Origin: Octopus vulgaris
Lineage: Eukaryota
Length of the DNA stretch: 64,000 bases
Direction of reading: 5' to 3'
Assembly: GCA_951406725.2 (NCBI GenBank)
Contig: OX597825.1
Location: 44,206,001-44,270,000, forward strand
The notes beneath the pieces were generated by a model, which ran no database searches, was not told the DNA's origin, and was given only the letters and a program-made list of their open reading frames with translations. Position 1 is the first letter of the stretch. Every line of letters starts with the position of its first letter. Positions 52,150 to 64,000 of this stretch are shown here, one piece after another. The position numbers and the translations under genes were made by a program.

Positions 52150-52730
52150 AGACTTATACATGAAATATTTGAAAGAAAACTTTTTATCGGTTCAAAATGA
52201 ACAACCAAATTACACCATCTTGAAAATAGTATATCATAGGAAAGTTAAAATTAAAGTGACAATTAAAAAGTAAAGATGGAAGTAAATTATAAAAATAATA
52301 ATATAATGTATATAACAGGCAATATATATATATACACATACACACACATATACATATATACACATTCAGACATATACTAAATGTTCTACTATATTAGATT
52401 GTAAATCGAAAGATGCGTCCTTCAATGTCACTATATATATATATATATATACATACATGCTTACACATGAAATATTAGAAAAAAACCCACCTTCTATCGA
52501 ATCAAAATGAACAATCAAATTACACCATCTTGAAAATTGCATATCATAGGAAGGTTAAAATTAGAATGACAATTGGCAAGTAAAGATCAAGTAAATTACA
52601 AAAACAATATAATGTATATAACAGGTAACATATATATATACACACACCTATATATATATATATACACACACATATTAAATGTTCTACTATTTTATATTGT
52701 AAATCGAAAGATTTGTCCTTCAATGTATGT
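52150..52730. repeat. Diverged ~305-bp direct repeat in the PLE 3' UTR
   Basis: caaattacaccatcttgaaaat...atgttctactat...gtaaatcgaaagat...ccttcaatgt present twice (52160-52428 and 52468-52726). Confidence 0.85.
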
Positions 52731-52741
52731 TGAGTAAAGTT

Positions 52742-53923
52742 TCAGCCATTTAATTTGGGGGAGAACTTAGCTATGAAATATTTTTCCATATTCCTCCTGA
52801 AAGAGGTGTCGTTCTTCGGACACTTGTAGAAGGGAAAGATCTTAAATTTTCCTTCTCCACATGTAGCTACATGTGTACTTAGTGGTATTTTGCGTAGTTC
52901 TTCCTGCCGAATATGTCGGTGAATCCTGGCTCGCTGGCACAAAGAATTACCAGTTTCACCTACGTAATTCTCCTTGCACGTGGGGCAGGTTATGCAGTAT
53001 ATGACGTTCTGCGTCTTGCAGTTCATATCTGCATTTACTTTGAATATGTCACCATTTTTAAATCTCATCTCTCTGTTACCCTCTCTGTATTTGTAGGTGG
53101 GGTTGCTGCAGATCCCACATCTACCATCTCCGCACTCTTTTGCAAAGAATTCCGTTTTAGTTTCTGAAGAGAATTTCCCTCTTGTTAGGTGTTTCTTTAG
53201 GTTTTTGTCCTGTCGTCTACTGTTTTTTATGCTATATTTGTTTAATATGTTTTTCATTTTGGGGCTTTGTAAGGCTATTGGTAGGTTTGAATGTATGGTT
53301 TGGAAGATGTTGGTAACTCCAGGGTTGTGTGTGTTTATAAAAGGGATAGTGTTTTCTTTGTTTTTTGTTTTGGGTGTCCTGAGTTGTGCGATGTCTAGTT
53401 TTAATGCTCTTGTGATTCCATTTTCTATTAGTTTAAGGGGGTATTTTTGCTCTAGGAGGAAGTTTTTGAGTTCATCTAGTCTTATAAGTCGTATTTGTGA
53501 ATCAGTTACTATGCTACATATTCGTCGTGCCATACTATATGGGATGTTTCTTTTTGTGTGGGATGGGTGGCAGGAGTGGAAATTTAAGTATTGATGTGTG
53601 TCAGTTTTTTTGTAGTGGATGTCTGTTTTGACGATGGAGTTGTGTATTTTGATGTTGATGTCTAGGAAGGGACGTTCGTTGTGGCTGATATCTATTGTGA
53701 AGTTGATTGATGGGTGCAGCGTATTGAGGATGTTGTGGAATGTTTGTAGGTCCTCTTCTGATCTGTTCCAAAAGATGAAGCAGTCATCGAGGTAGCGTTT
53801 CCACTTTTTCTTGATGTCTTCTCTGAAGTCGTGTTCGAAGACTTTCCCTATTTCATCATATAGTTTGTTCTCCAGGAAACCCATCACCAGGTTGGCATAT
53901 GAAGGTGCGAATTTTGTACCCAT
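52742..53923 (-). CDS. PLE RT C-terminal half, Zn-knuckle and GIY-YIG endonuclease
   Basis: MGTKFAPSYANL, WKRYLDDCF, FLDI, HPSHTKRNIPYS, CGDGRCGIC, NVIYCITCPTCKENYVGET, FSPKLN. Frameshifted upstream pieces (DKGGAIV, GLPKIHK, MRPIVAG) extend to 54640. Confidence 0.9.
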   Translation of the reverse strand: MGTKFAPSYANLVMGFLENKLYDEIGKVFEHDFREDIKKKWKRYLDDCFIFWNRSEEDLQTFHNILNTLHPSINFTIDISHNERPFLDINIKIHNSIVKTDIHYKKTDTHQYLNFHSCHPSHTKRNIPYSMARRICSIVTDSQIRLIRLDELKNFLLEQKYPLKLIENGITRALKLDIAQLRTPKTKNKENTIPFINTHNPGVTNIFQTIHSNLPIALQSPKMKNILNKYSIKNSRRQDKNLKKHLTRGKFSSETKTEFFAKECGDGRCGICSNPTYKYREGNREMRFKNGDIFKVNADMNCKTQNVIYCITCPTCKENYVGETGNSLCQRARIHRHIRQEELRKIPLSTHVATCGEGKFKIFPFYKCPKNDTSFRRNMEKYFIAKFSPKLNG

Positions 53924-54640
53924 AGCTGTGCCTTTTATCTGTCGGTATGTCTTGTTGTTGAATGAGAATGTGTTTTCTTCGAGTATTAGTTGGTGGCTTG
54001 GGTGATAAAGTTTGTCTTGAAGCGTTCGTCTATAAGTTCTCTGTATTTTTCTATTGATTGTTTTATAGCTTCTAGACCTAGGGTGTGTGGTATGTTTGTG
54101 TATAGATTTGTGACATCAAAGCTTGCATTATGGTGTTTTTCGGGACTGTATTTGGAATGTGTGTGAGGAAGTCTATGTCATCCCTTATGTAGCTTGGTAT
54201 CTGTGGGCATAAAGGTTTGAGGAGTATATCTATGAAGTGGCTTAGTTGTTGTGTTGGTGCCTGGGGTCCTGCCACTATTGGTCTCATTGTGAGGTCTGCA
54301 GGCCTTTGTACTCTTATATAGTGGTTCCTTTATGGCTCTCTGTATTTCAGAGCTTTTATGAATTTTAGGTAATCCAAAGAAGTTGCTTTCTTTGGTTCGT
54401 GAGTTGCATAGATAGTCTTTCTCCTTATCTGTAAAGGAGTCCTGATATTCATTGACCAAAGTTCTAATTTTTTTTATTGTTGTTTTCTCCGGTGGTGTTG
54501 GTTCCTCTTTATAGTATGTCTGGTTGTTCAGTAACTCCAGTATCTTTTCTTTGTAGTAATCTGTGTCCATAATTACTATTGCTCCACCTTTGTCAACTTC
54601 TTTTATAATGATTGATTTGTCATTTTTCAGTTTTTGTAGG

Positions 54641-55246
54641 GCTAACACTGGACATCCTAAAAGGACACACACATGGAACAATATACAAATGGATAGAAAT
54701 CAACACATAACCTACAACAAACATCGAGGAAATCGAAACCACACAAACACCAACCACATGCAACCCCACAAATTTACAAGATGGATAAAAACAACTCCCA
54801 CTATCAATACAATACAAACACAATACATGAACCATCCACCTACCCACAAAGAAACCTAAACCCCAGTAATAGATATTGGCTCAACAAACACAGAAGATGG
54901 GAAGAAAACAACTACCAAAGACAAAACAACACATACAGACCACACAGACCACCCCAACTACAAGAAAACCTAAGAACTGAAAATGGAATTTGGAGACGTA
55001 ACAACACAACCCATTTTTTAGGGAGAGGATACTTCAACCATACTCCAGACCCAATACACCAAAAATTCCGGATGAACTCACAAAACACATAGACCCCAAA
55101 ATAATAAACTTATCTAAAAGAGAACTTGACGAAAATGAAATGAACCTACTACTAAAAGGCCTCAAATTTACACCTACACCCACTCCAAACCTCATAGAAC
55201 TAAAAACTGATATAGACAACTTCAGCCACTACCTCCGCTTTATGGA
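54641..55246 (+). pseudogene. Inverted N-terminal segment of the same PLE ORF
   Basis: IINLSKRELDENEMNLLLKGLKFTPTPTPNLIELKTDIDNFSHYLRFME is the conserved PLE N-terminal motif, on the opposite strand. Confidence 0.85.
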
Positions 55247-56250
55247 AATAATACAGCATAAAATAATTTACTGCAGTAGGTTTTGCCGATTTGAGAACGT
55301 ATTAATTTAAAATTAAAACTAAAATGAGGGTGAAAAAATCAGATATTTATTTGATAATATCAATTTAACACCAGTGGTCTAGCATATTAAAAAACTGAGG
55401 TTCAGTAAATAGTGTTACATACATATAAGAGGGATTATCACAATGTGGACACCCTAATGCTAGAAGTAGATCCGCTATGGTCTTACCACTAAGAATTGTC
55501 CTCTAGAAAATTTAGCAAACACCAGAAACGTAAGCGAGCAAGACAAATGAAAAGTAACAAAAATATAGATTAATCATAAATATAGATTAATCATGAATCA
55601 TAAAATATAGATTAATCATCCCACTTATATGTATGTAATACTATTTACTGAACCTCAGTTTTTTAATATGCTAGACCACTGGTGTTAAATTGATGTTATC
55701 AAATTAATATCCGACTTTTTCACCCTCATTTTAGTTTTAATTTTAAATTAATACGTCTCAAACCGGCAAAAGCTACTGCAGTAAATTATTTTATGCAGTA
55801 TTATTTCTGGTAATTTAGCGCGCCCCAAAGCGAGGACCTTTGAAAAATAACTACAAGTGTAATAGGTAGAACTACATACATATTCGACCTCGTGTGGATG
55901 TCTGGTGTGTAGTTCTGCAAATTATATTTGTATGGACGATCATACTGAAGACCTACAGATACATTGCTTAAGTAAAATTACGTAATTTGTTAATAGTGAA
56001 ACATTGTTTATGATTAATCTATATTTTTGTTTGTTCGCTTACGTTTCTGGTGTTTTATAAATTTTCTAGAGATCAATTCTTAGTGGTAAGACCATAGCGG
56101 ATCTACTTCTAGCATTAGGGTGTCCACATAGTAGTAATCCCTCTTACATGTATGTAATACTATTTACTGAACCTCAGTTTTTTAATATGCTAGACCACTG
56201 GTGTTAAATTGATGTTAATTTTTCACCCTCATTTACATTTTAATTTTGAC
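55245..56250. mobile_element. Fold-back plus 1.2-mer HHR element, family 7
   Basis: Unit ~55629-56147 (~519 bp) with its start repeated at 56148-56250; inverted arm 55245-55578; HHR at 55938-56015. Confidence 0.88.
55938..56015 (+). ncRNA. Type I hammerhead ribozyme, canonical core
   Basis: gatcata-CTGAAGA-ccta...tagt-GAA-ACATTGT-T-tatgatt; 7-bp stem I, GUU site, predicted cleavage after 56008. Confidence 0.82.
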
Positions 56251-56311
<61 letters not shown>

Positions 56312-56459
56312 CTAATATAGTTATAAAGTGGCTAATTGTGAAAATCGAATTCCTCGCGATATTAATTCCGAATTGCGCTCTGTACTTTTGTGCATATATA
56401 CGTATGTACATAATGTGTGCAACTGTATATATCAGCTGGGATTGAATGGAAATGTTATG

Positions 56460-57900
56460 CAACTAGTTAGTTTAAATGTCAGAAATCATGATATTAGCAA
56501 CAAGAAAAGCAGAAAACAAAGGCCCCGCAATTATGAATAAGTGAGATACATAAGTTTTATTAGGCCTTATTTGGGCTTTAGAGAGATTCCGTGATTGATC
56601 AGAGCTCAAATGAGGTAAAGAAGAAAGCAGTTTTGGTAATATATTTGTTTCGTCGGTTTGCAAGATTTCCACAGAGTGGTAGTCTGAGCTTTAGCGTTGT
56701 GTTGATAATGACTAGATTTGATGAAATGCATACATGAGTTTTCTTCTTGATGTTAGTTTTCTACATGATGTCAGTGTTTGCGTGTTTGCGCAACTGAAGG
56801 GACTTGGTTGTTATCTAACTAGTGAAGTATATACACTTAAGGTCTTCTCCTCTGGAGGGAGAAGTGGTTTAGTGTGAGATATGTATGACATCAATATGCA
56901 TAAGATTAAGGAGGTGTAAAGATTGATCTCATTTTCAAAAGTACGTGTGTTATTTACAGTTACAAGTAGGTTACCAATATAGAAGGAACTATTACTGAAC
57001 ATCAGAGTTGGGTCAAAGATATCTCCAGTTACACTCACCTGCAATAATGTAGTCTTCTAGGTCTAAGAAAACAAAAGCAGATCTATCTAGAAGCTTCTCG
57101 TGAGATAAGACGAAGATTTTTACGATGTTAAGTGTTACAACACTTTGACTGAAAATTGAAAAGGGCCAAGAACGACAGTTATACAAGAAAATTCTCCTAG
57201 AGGCTTGAGTTTGAAACGAACTATGTAGCAATAGTGGAGAGGTTTTCAGCGACGATGCGGCTAAGCGAGTCATGACAATTAAAGAGTGGTAAATAGAAAA
57301 CTTCTAAAAACTTAGCTATCTCCGTTGGCAATGTAACCAGAAGAATCAATTGTAATTATGAAGTGAGGAGAGCATGCAGAGTGTGATCTATTAAGACACT
57401 TATAGTTATTTTTTGACGATATCCTTGCCATAGTAAATAAAAGTTGCAATCGTTGATAAGTCACAAGTTGGTAATGATAGTTTTAATTCGTTCAAATTCT
57501 GCATGGAATTATATTTGCCCGTATTGATGATTGTGTAAGGAATTTCGGGAAGTATACTTCAGACGATGGTTTCAATCACTTAGGTGACTCATATGGGTCA
57601 GGAAGAACAAGAAGTACTGCAAAAGTAGTCAATATATAACTGATCACTCAATTAACTTGAAATACTAGAGCGTTTGATGGAATGGATCGGTATGAAAATA
57701 TGGAGTATATTCCTTTGATTAGGTAGCGATCAGATGGATATAGAGACAGATTTGGAAATAATTGTAGGTTAAGGATGTCTATGGTAATGATGTCTTATCG
57801 CGGATAGCAAAGAAATTGGCAAGAGTAGTTGTAGACACTGAAGTGAGGAATGGTGATTTTAGAGAGATAATTATATTTTTATACAACTGTTGACATTATG
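56460..57900 (-). pseudogene. Highly decayed PLE (Penelope/Poseidon-type) ORF
   Basis: TSPLL...FLYNCR...TLNIVKIFVL (cf. GSPL...FL.NCP...RYVDDIFVL) and RTFENEIN (cf. FT.E.E.N) in the correct order. Confidence 0.45.
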
Positions 57901-58094
57901 CGGATAAAAAGAGACAGTTATGTTTTTAGATATCGAAAGAAATATTTCATCTAATAAAAACGATCTAATACATAAAAATGAACATAAATAAAAATTAATT
58001 AATTAAACGAGAATATTTATGGATAGTAAATGGATATTTTATATTGAGCAATGAATTATTGAACTGTGCCTAAATGAACAATAATGTTTCACTT

Positions 58095-58250
58095 AGGTGC
58101 TGGCATAGCTAAATGCTTGACAAGTTCCATTCGTAACCATGTCCCACGTAACTACTAAGCCCAACTGCTCGACATTTTCTGCTAAAACTTCGGGCAGGAC
58201 AATGCATTATGACTGAATTTGGTGGACAGGGTCAGTACGGAAGTCCCTCT

Positions 58251-58288
<38 letters not shown>

Positions 58289-58515
58289 AGTCTTTATGTT
58301 AGTATTTGTCTCTCACCGCTTGACAAATTAAGTTGGCTTATTCACGCCTCTGCAACTTAGCAGTCTGGCAGAAGAACTAATAAAATATTACTAGACGTAA
58401 ACACAAGTACTGTTGGGTCGGTAGGGGGAAATTGATAGGCTAAACCTTTCAAGGCAGTGCCCCAAAACGACCGTAGTCCAATGCCTGTCACAAGAAAAAA
58501 GACTAAAAGAATAAA
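58095..58515 (+). mobile_element. Old SINE family B copy
   Basis: ggtgctggcatagct..., internal (TG)n, accgcttgacaa...aacttagcagtctggca..., aaggcagtgcccca tail. Confidence 0.65.
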
Positions 58516-59118
58516 AACAATCTAAAATTGGTTAGCTTAATATACTAATTATATAAGCTATATATCTTTACACATAATAATTAAAAGTAAAAAGAAATAG
58601 ATAAAAAAATTTGTATGCATAAAAATTATAAACATATATTTAAGTATGTGTGAAATCCTGTTCTGGAGGAATACTCGCGAGTATTTACCTTTCTAAACAT
58701 GTTAAAGCTATTTGCAAAGTCCAAATGTTGTTGATTGTTATACCTGGGATCGAAAACGTGAAATGCAAGAATTAAGATGTTTAGTCATGTAAGTTAATAA
58801 ATTCAAGCAATGAAATTAAATGAGTTTAAACTAAAAAATATAGAGGTATATAATTAAATTCTAACGAAACTTTATAGGTTTATTGTGACATATGCACAAA
58901 CAGAAGCATACACATACACATGTATATGTATGCATGTGTTTCTTCTTTTGCGCAATCCCTTCCCTATTTTATAAATCCTGTCCGTGTAACTATTGATGTG
59001 GAAGTTGCCAATAGTAAATACTTTTTTTTAGTATTCAAGTCGAAGTTGTGAATTTCTTTAAACGTGCCAGATTTGTGTGAGCAAAATCTACTGAAGTATT
59101 GATTTATCACTCTAGCTA

Positions 59119-60653
59119 TATTTAGAGCACAATTATTTGCATTCCTTGTGAAAAATGAAATTTTATTGCATTTCTCGTTTAAATTAGATGTCTACAAAAA
59201 TGCTCTATGTCACAATAAAGTGAACAACTAAAGCATACATTTTGCCAAAAGCGATGTTTAATATAGTAATCTCAGCTGATAAGTATTTCAAGCATGGTTC
59301 AAAATTATTGGCACTTACATAACTATTTGATTATTGCGTTGAAAAACAAAACACTGATTTGGGCTACAATATGAGAATACATCTCAATCGATAGAGGTTA
59401 CGTCATTCTAAGAAAGTTCTAAGTTCTGGAATAACACGTGACAAAGCTATGTAACATCGCTTGCACAATGTTTTTTCTACCTTCTTTTAGTGAAAAAAAT
59501 TCTATTTACGGCACCTTGATGAAGGTAGAGGAGCACAGTTCTGATGCTCACGATTCTAGAGATGGTATAAAATAATAACAAAAAATTCCAATGTGGATAG
59601 ATCAACTGTTTGTCACATAATCGTGTAGCATCGAGAGACCGGTTTGTTGGAGAATAAGAGTAGACGCGTCAGAAATAAGCCCTTTTTAAACGAGATGAGC
59701 GGATGTTAACTAAAATGGTGAACAATGAAAGCCAATTTGACAGCTATCAGAGTTAATGCTTCAAGGCCAATGATTATCCGAACTCTCTACAGAGGTGGCT
59801 TGAAGGCATACTGTTTCCGAAAGACGCCGTTTGAAATTTGTGAGGGATATTCTGAAGAGGTCTGAACGATATTGGCACTCTGTTCTGTAATCTAACGAAA
59901 CCAAACTCGAGTTGTTTTGTCACAACTACCATTTGGTGAAAAGAGGAGAAACCTACAATCTGAAGAATACTATCCCCACCATCAAACATGACGGAGGCAT
60001 TATAATGTTGTGGAGCTATTTTTCTGCTATAAAGACATTGGAAAATTAATTCTAATTGAAAGAACGATAAAAAATGAAAGAGAATGACCTTGATATTTTG
60101 AATGAAAATCTGGAGTCATCGGTAAAGCAGTTGGGATCAGGACGTCGTCGAATCTTCATGTAGGACAATGGTCCCAAGCATACATCTTTTTAATCCAAAA
60201 TTGGGTGAAAGAAAACAAAGTCCTGACATAAACGCGATAGAAAATTTATGGTGGGAGCTATAGAAAAGAGTGAACGCAAGAACACCATCTAACTTGAAGC
60301 AGCTGAATGAATTTGCGATTGGAGAATGAACTAAAATTACTTCTGATCTGAAGGTGAAGCAATCTAAAACTACCCTGGCAGATCGAAGGAAATTACTAAG
60401 CATAAACGATATACTATCTGATTGTTAATCATCGAATGTTGTAGAGGTGCCAATAATTTTGAGCTGTTCAATTATTGGTTTCATGTTTTTCTTGTAGAAA
60501 ATTAATTATTTTGGAAATTTACCTTTTGTTTAGTGTTCCTTAAACAATTGTGCCTACATTGACCAAAAATTAATTATGAGATTCTACTTTTAGGACGAAA
60601 TTCAATAAAAACTCGTTTTTTACAACGGTTACCAATAACTGTGCGCATGACTG
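59119..60653 (+). mobile_element. Tc1-like transposon with ~200-bp IR/DR-type TIRs, decayed
   Basis: Inverted matches 59119-59315/60446-60653 (tcaaaattattggcac/gtgccaataattttga; right end actg|TA); PTIKHDGGIIMLW, DNGPKH, SPDINAIENLW motifs. Confidence 0.85.
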
Positions 60654-60659
60654 TACATT

Positions 60660-61694
60660 GCTGCTGTGACTAAAGCCAGAAATACAAAATAGTACTTCCG
60701 TAGACTCCGGCAAAAATGGAACTGAGAACTGTCTGCATTTAACAAGATCGTATCTCACAATGCTTTTGCGGTGCTAGTGCTAGTACCAACATTTGAGATA
60801 TTGGACTGGATACTTGACAAGATCTATATTCTAGACATCAAAACTAGAAAGGTACTGACCACCACTGGTAACTTCCACAGTAACAGCGACACCGACAGGA
60901 TCTATGTGAGACAAAGTGATGTTAGTAGAGGTATAAGGTCAGTCCAGACAACCCTTGAATATTGCATTGTATCACTCAGACAACACCTGCTGAACAGTAA
61001 AGAAAGAAATGACAACGTTCCATTGCATGCTCAAAAGTGAGAGCAATAACAGCTTCGGAGTTGGAGAAGAACTACTGTGCAGGTAATCTGAGAAAACAGA
61101 GGCAACTGGATTGGCCTACCCATACAGAAGCTTGGATGAGAAGAAGGTATAACACGAGCAAAAAGTAATGCATGGGTGAAGATATTAACAGCATTGATAG
61201 GAAGAGTAGCCTCTTCTTGAACTCTGATAGCTATATTACATCCCACCTAAGGATATGCCTTCGCTATTCAAGAACAAGAGATAGCTACTAAATATCTGAT
61301 AAACAAGAGGAACAAAGATACGATTAAACGTCGGCTCTGCTATACCAATGTGAAAGATATCAACTAGATCATCAGCAGTTACCCCAAAATGTCTACCAGA
61401 TAGTACCTGCCCAGGAGGCATGATATATTTGTAAATAATATTTACAATGCTATCCACAGGAAGGACATCCTGAAGTATACATCAAAGGCATGCCAGAACT
61501 AGCATGTATTCACACCTTTAAAAACAAGGAATATTGATGGAACACTCCAATAAAACCAGCAAGACAGGAAATAAAAGTCATACACTGTTATAGAGGTCAG
61601 CTCCGTAGCCGATGTGAATGTACAATCAAAAGTTCAGGAAAAAGAGAAAAATTGTGGTGAAGTAATGTGAAACTTACAGCTCTTGTACCCTTTA

Positions 61695-61700
<6 letters not shown>
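60660..61700 (+). pseudogene. R4/Dong-like non-LTR retrotransposon 3' remnant
   Basis: ELSAFNKIVSHNAFAV...LDIKTRKVLT...HSNSDTDRIYV...RG; GYAFAIQEQEIATKY; degenerate CRLC...H...CP...RHD zinc knuckle. Confidence 0.78.
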
Positions 61701-62355
<655 letters not shown>

Positions 62356-62369
62356 CACGCACGCGCACG

Positions 62370-62432
<63 letters not shown>

Positions 62433-62579
62433 CCATTTCTATTCATTTTTATAATTTAATATATACTCATGTAACTTGTAAAGTGTTTTCCTCTGCAAAA
62501 TTGGGTATTAAACTGTGGAACCAGAGAAAGATTGGATGTTTTCATCCTTATTTTCCCTGGATTATACATAAATATATAT

Positions 62580-62955
62580 TATTTATATTGAGGGCATTAC
62601 TATACATAAATGCCATACGCTAGGAGGGACTCTTAAAGTCAAAATCTACCAAAATAAATAAGCACATAGTATCGAATACGAGGGAATGCAACTCCCGAAG
62701 CGAGCCCTTTAAAAACAGAATTCGGGCTCGCTTCGAGAGTTGCATTCCCTCATATTCGATACTATGTGCTTATTTATTTTGGTAGATTTTGACTTTAAGA
62801 GTCCCTCCTAGCGTGTAGCATTTATGTGTAGTAATGCCCTCAATATAAATACATTATATTTAAGAGGAAAATTGATGGAGAATTCTCTTTATGAGGTTTT
62901 CACGCTAACTACTTGATAAATTCTTATAAAGATTTTATCCTATTTTTAAATTGTA
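62580..62955. mobile_element. Fold-back element, family 5, second locus
   Basis: ~128-bp inverted arms 62580-62707/62724-62851; shares ttttgactttaagag.ccctcctagcgtg and gattttatcctatttttaaatt with 49405-49830. Confidence 0.85.
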
Positions 62956-63046
62956 TATATACATATGTATATATATATATATGCATATTTACACACACAC
63001 AAAATATATGTAAGTATATAAGCGTGTGTTGTAAATTTGTATGTAT

Positions 63047-64000
63047 CTCCTCGCTGGAATGACATCACTTGAACAGAGACAGACAGAGTCCTTGTTGGCT
63101 CTCACACGCAAGTCTTTCATGGAGCAAGCAGTGCTTCGGCCAACAAGAGGTGAGAATGTCTTGGACCTCTGTTTCACAAGCAACCCGATGCTCATCCACA
63201 ACATAATGGTAACACCTACAATTCTCTCAGATCACAACTTAGTAGAGGTAATGATATATGGTATGAGAGAGTTAGTTGAGACGCAGCCATTAGAAAATAC
63301 CACAGGCCTATCCAGTCTAAACTTCCATAAGGCAAACTGGAAGAAGATCAACGAAGAGATCCGAAAACATGACTGGAGTGACTTCATCACCACACAAGAC
63401 ACCAACACACATTTCCAACATTTCATGACAACAATACAGAACATATGCCATAGGTTTGTCCCGGAGAAAAAAGCCAGCGGGCATAGGAACGTTATTCCCA
63501 GAGACAGGAAAATACTTATGAGGCGAAGAGCTAAGCTCTCGAAGCAACTGAATGCACGGCAGAGAAACAATGAGGGACTCCACCTGAAGCTTTTTGAAAC
63601 GGAAACTGCACTCAAACTTTCCTATGAGAAGGAGAGGGCAGAGAGAGAAGCCAGGGCCATAGAGAATATTAAAACAAACCCTAAAGCCTTCTTTAAATTT
63701 GCGAAAGAAACCACCTCGGTACACTGCAAGATTGGCCCACTCTTTGATAAAAAGGGCTCTCTAACTGAGGACCCCCAAGGGATAAGTGAAATACTAAAGG
63801 AACAGTATAAAAGTGTGTTCACATCCCCTCTGGGGCACATGCAAATCACAAACCCAGAAGTTTTCTTTGATGCCACAACACTCCAAAACCAAACAACAAC
63901 CATCGACCACATAGACATAACAGAGAGGGATGTAATATCTGCCATAGAAGAAATGAGAATAAACTCAGCTGCTGGACCAGATGGATTCCCAGCAGTCCTC
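63047..64000 (+). mobile_element. CR1-group LINE, diverged subfamily, running off the window
   Basis: MEQAVLRPTRGENVLDLCFTSN...ILSDHN...NFHKANWK...NIKTNPKAFFKFAK...SAAGPDGFPAVL, colinear with the 41663-44265 ORF. Confidence 0.92.

Larger units (their letters stand above)
51370..55246 (-). mobile_element. Penelope-like retroelement (Naiad/Neptune-type) with 5' inversion
   Basis: RT + GIY-YIG ORF pieces at 52742-54640(-), inverted N-terminal piece at 54641-55246(+), long 3' UTR with HHR at 51479-51522(-). Confidence 0.9.

Noticed and set aside
52150-53200. Selenocysteine/SECIS features reported for some Naiad PLEs
   Set aside because: Cys motifs are encoded by normal codons with no in-frame TGA, and I could not fold a convincing SECIS in the 3' UTR; SECISearch would settle it.

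Overview
This is AT-rich eukaryotic non-coding DNA, most likely from an octopus or other cephalopod (inferred from the tRNA-derived SINE families and microsatellite load). No intact host gene is evident; there is one candidate signal-peptide exon. The window is a transposon graveyard: two SINE families; CR1-type, RTE, Hero and R4/Dong LINE remnants; a Gypsy remnant; Tc1, mariner, hAT and Chapaev3 DNA transposons; a tandem Helitron stack; three to four Penelope-like element (PLE) coding remnants; and an ~8.8 kb array of a 46-bp self-complementary minisatellite. The most striking signal is about 20 type-I hammerhead ribozyme (HHR) motifs, read by eye, from a dozen or more unrelated short non-coding element families. 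Most sit in (TA)n tracts and are built as fold-back palindromes and/or circularly permuted >1-unit repeats. Several cores carry compensatory 3-8 pair swaps (U3-A8, G3-C8). In one insertion the inverted arm stops at the predicted self-cleavage site. This looks like a PLE-mobilised, retrozyme-like family of ribozyme retroelements. All calls come from manual reading; no database searches were run.
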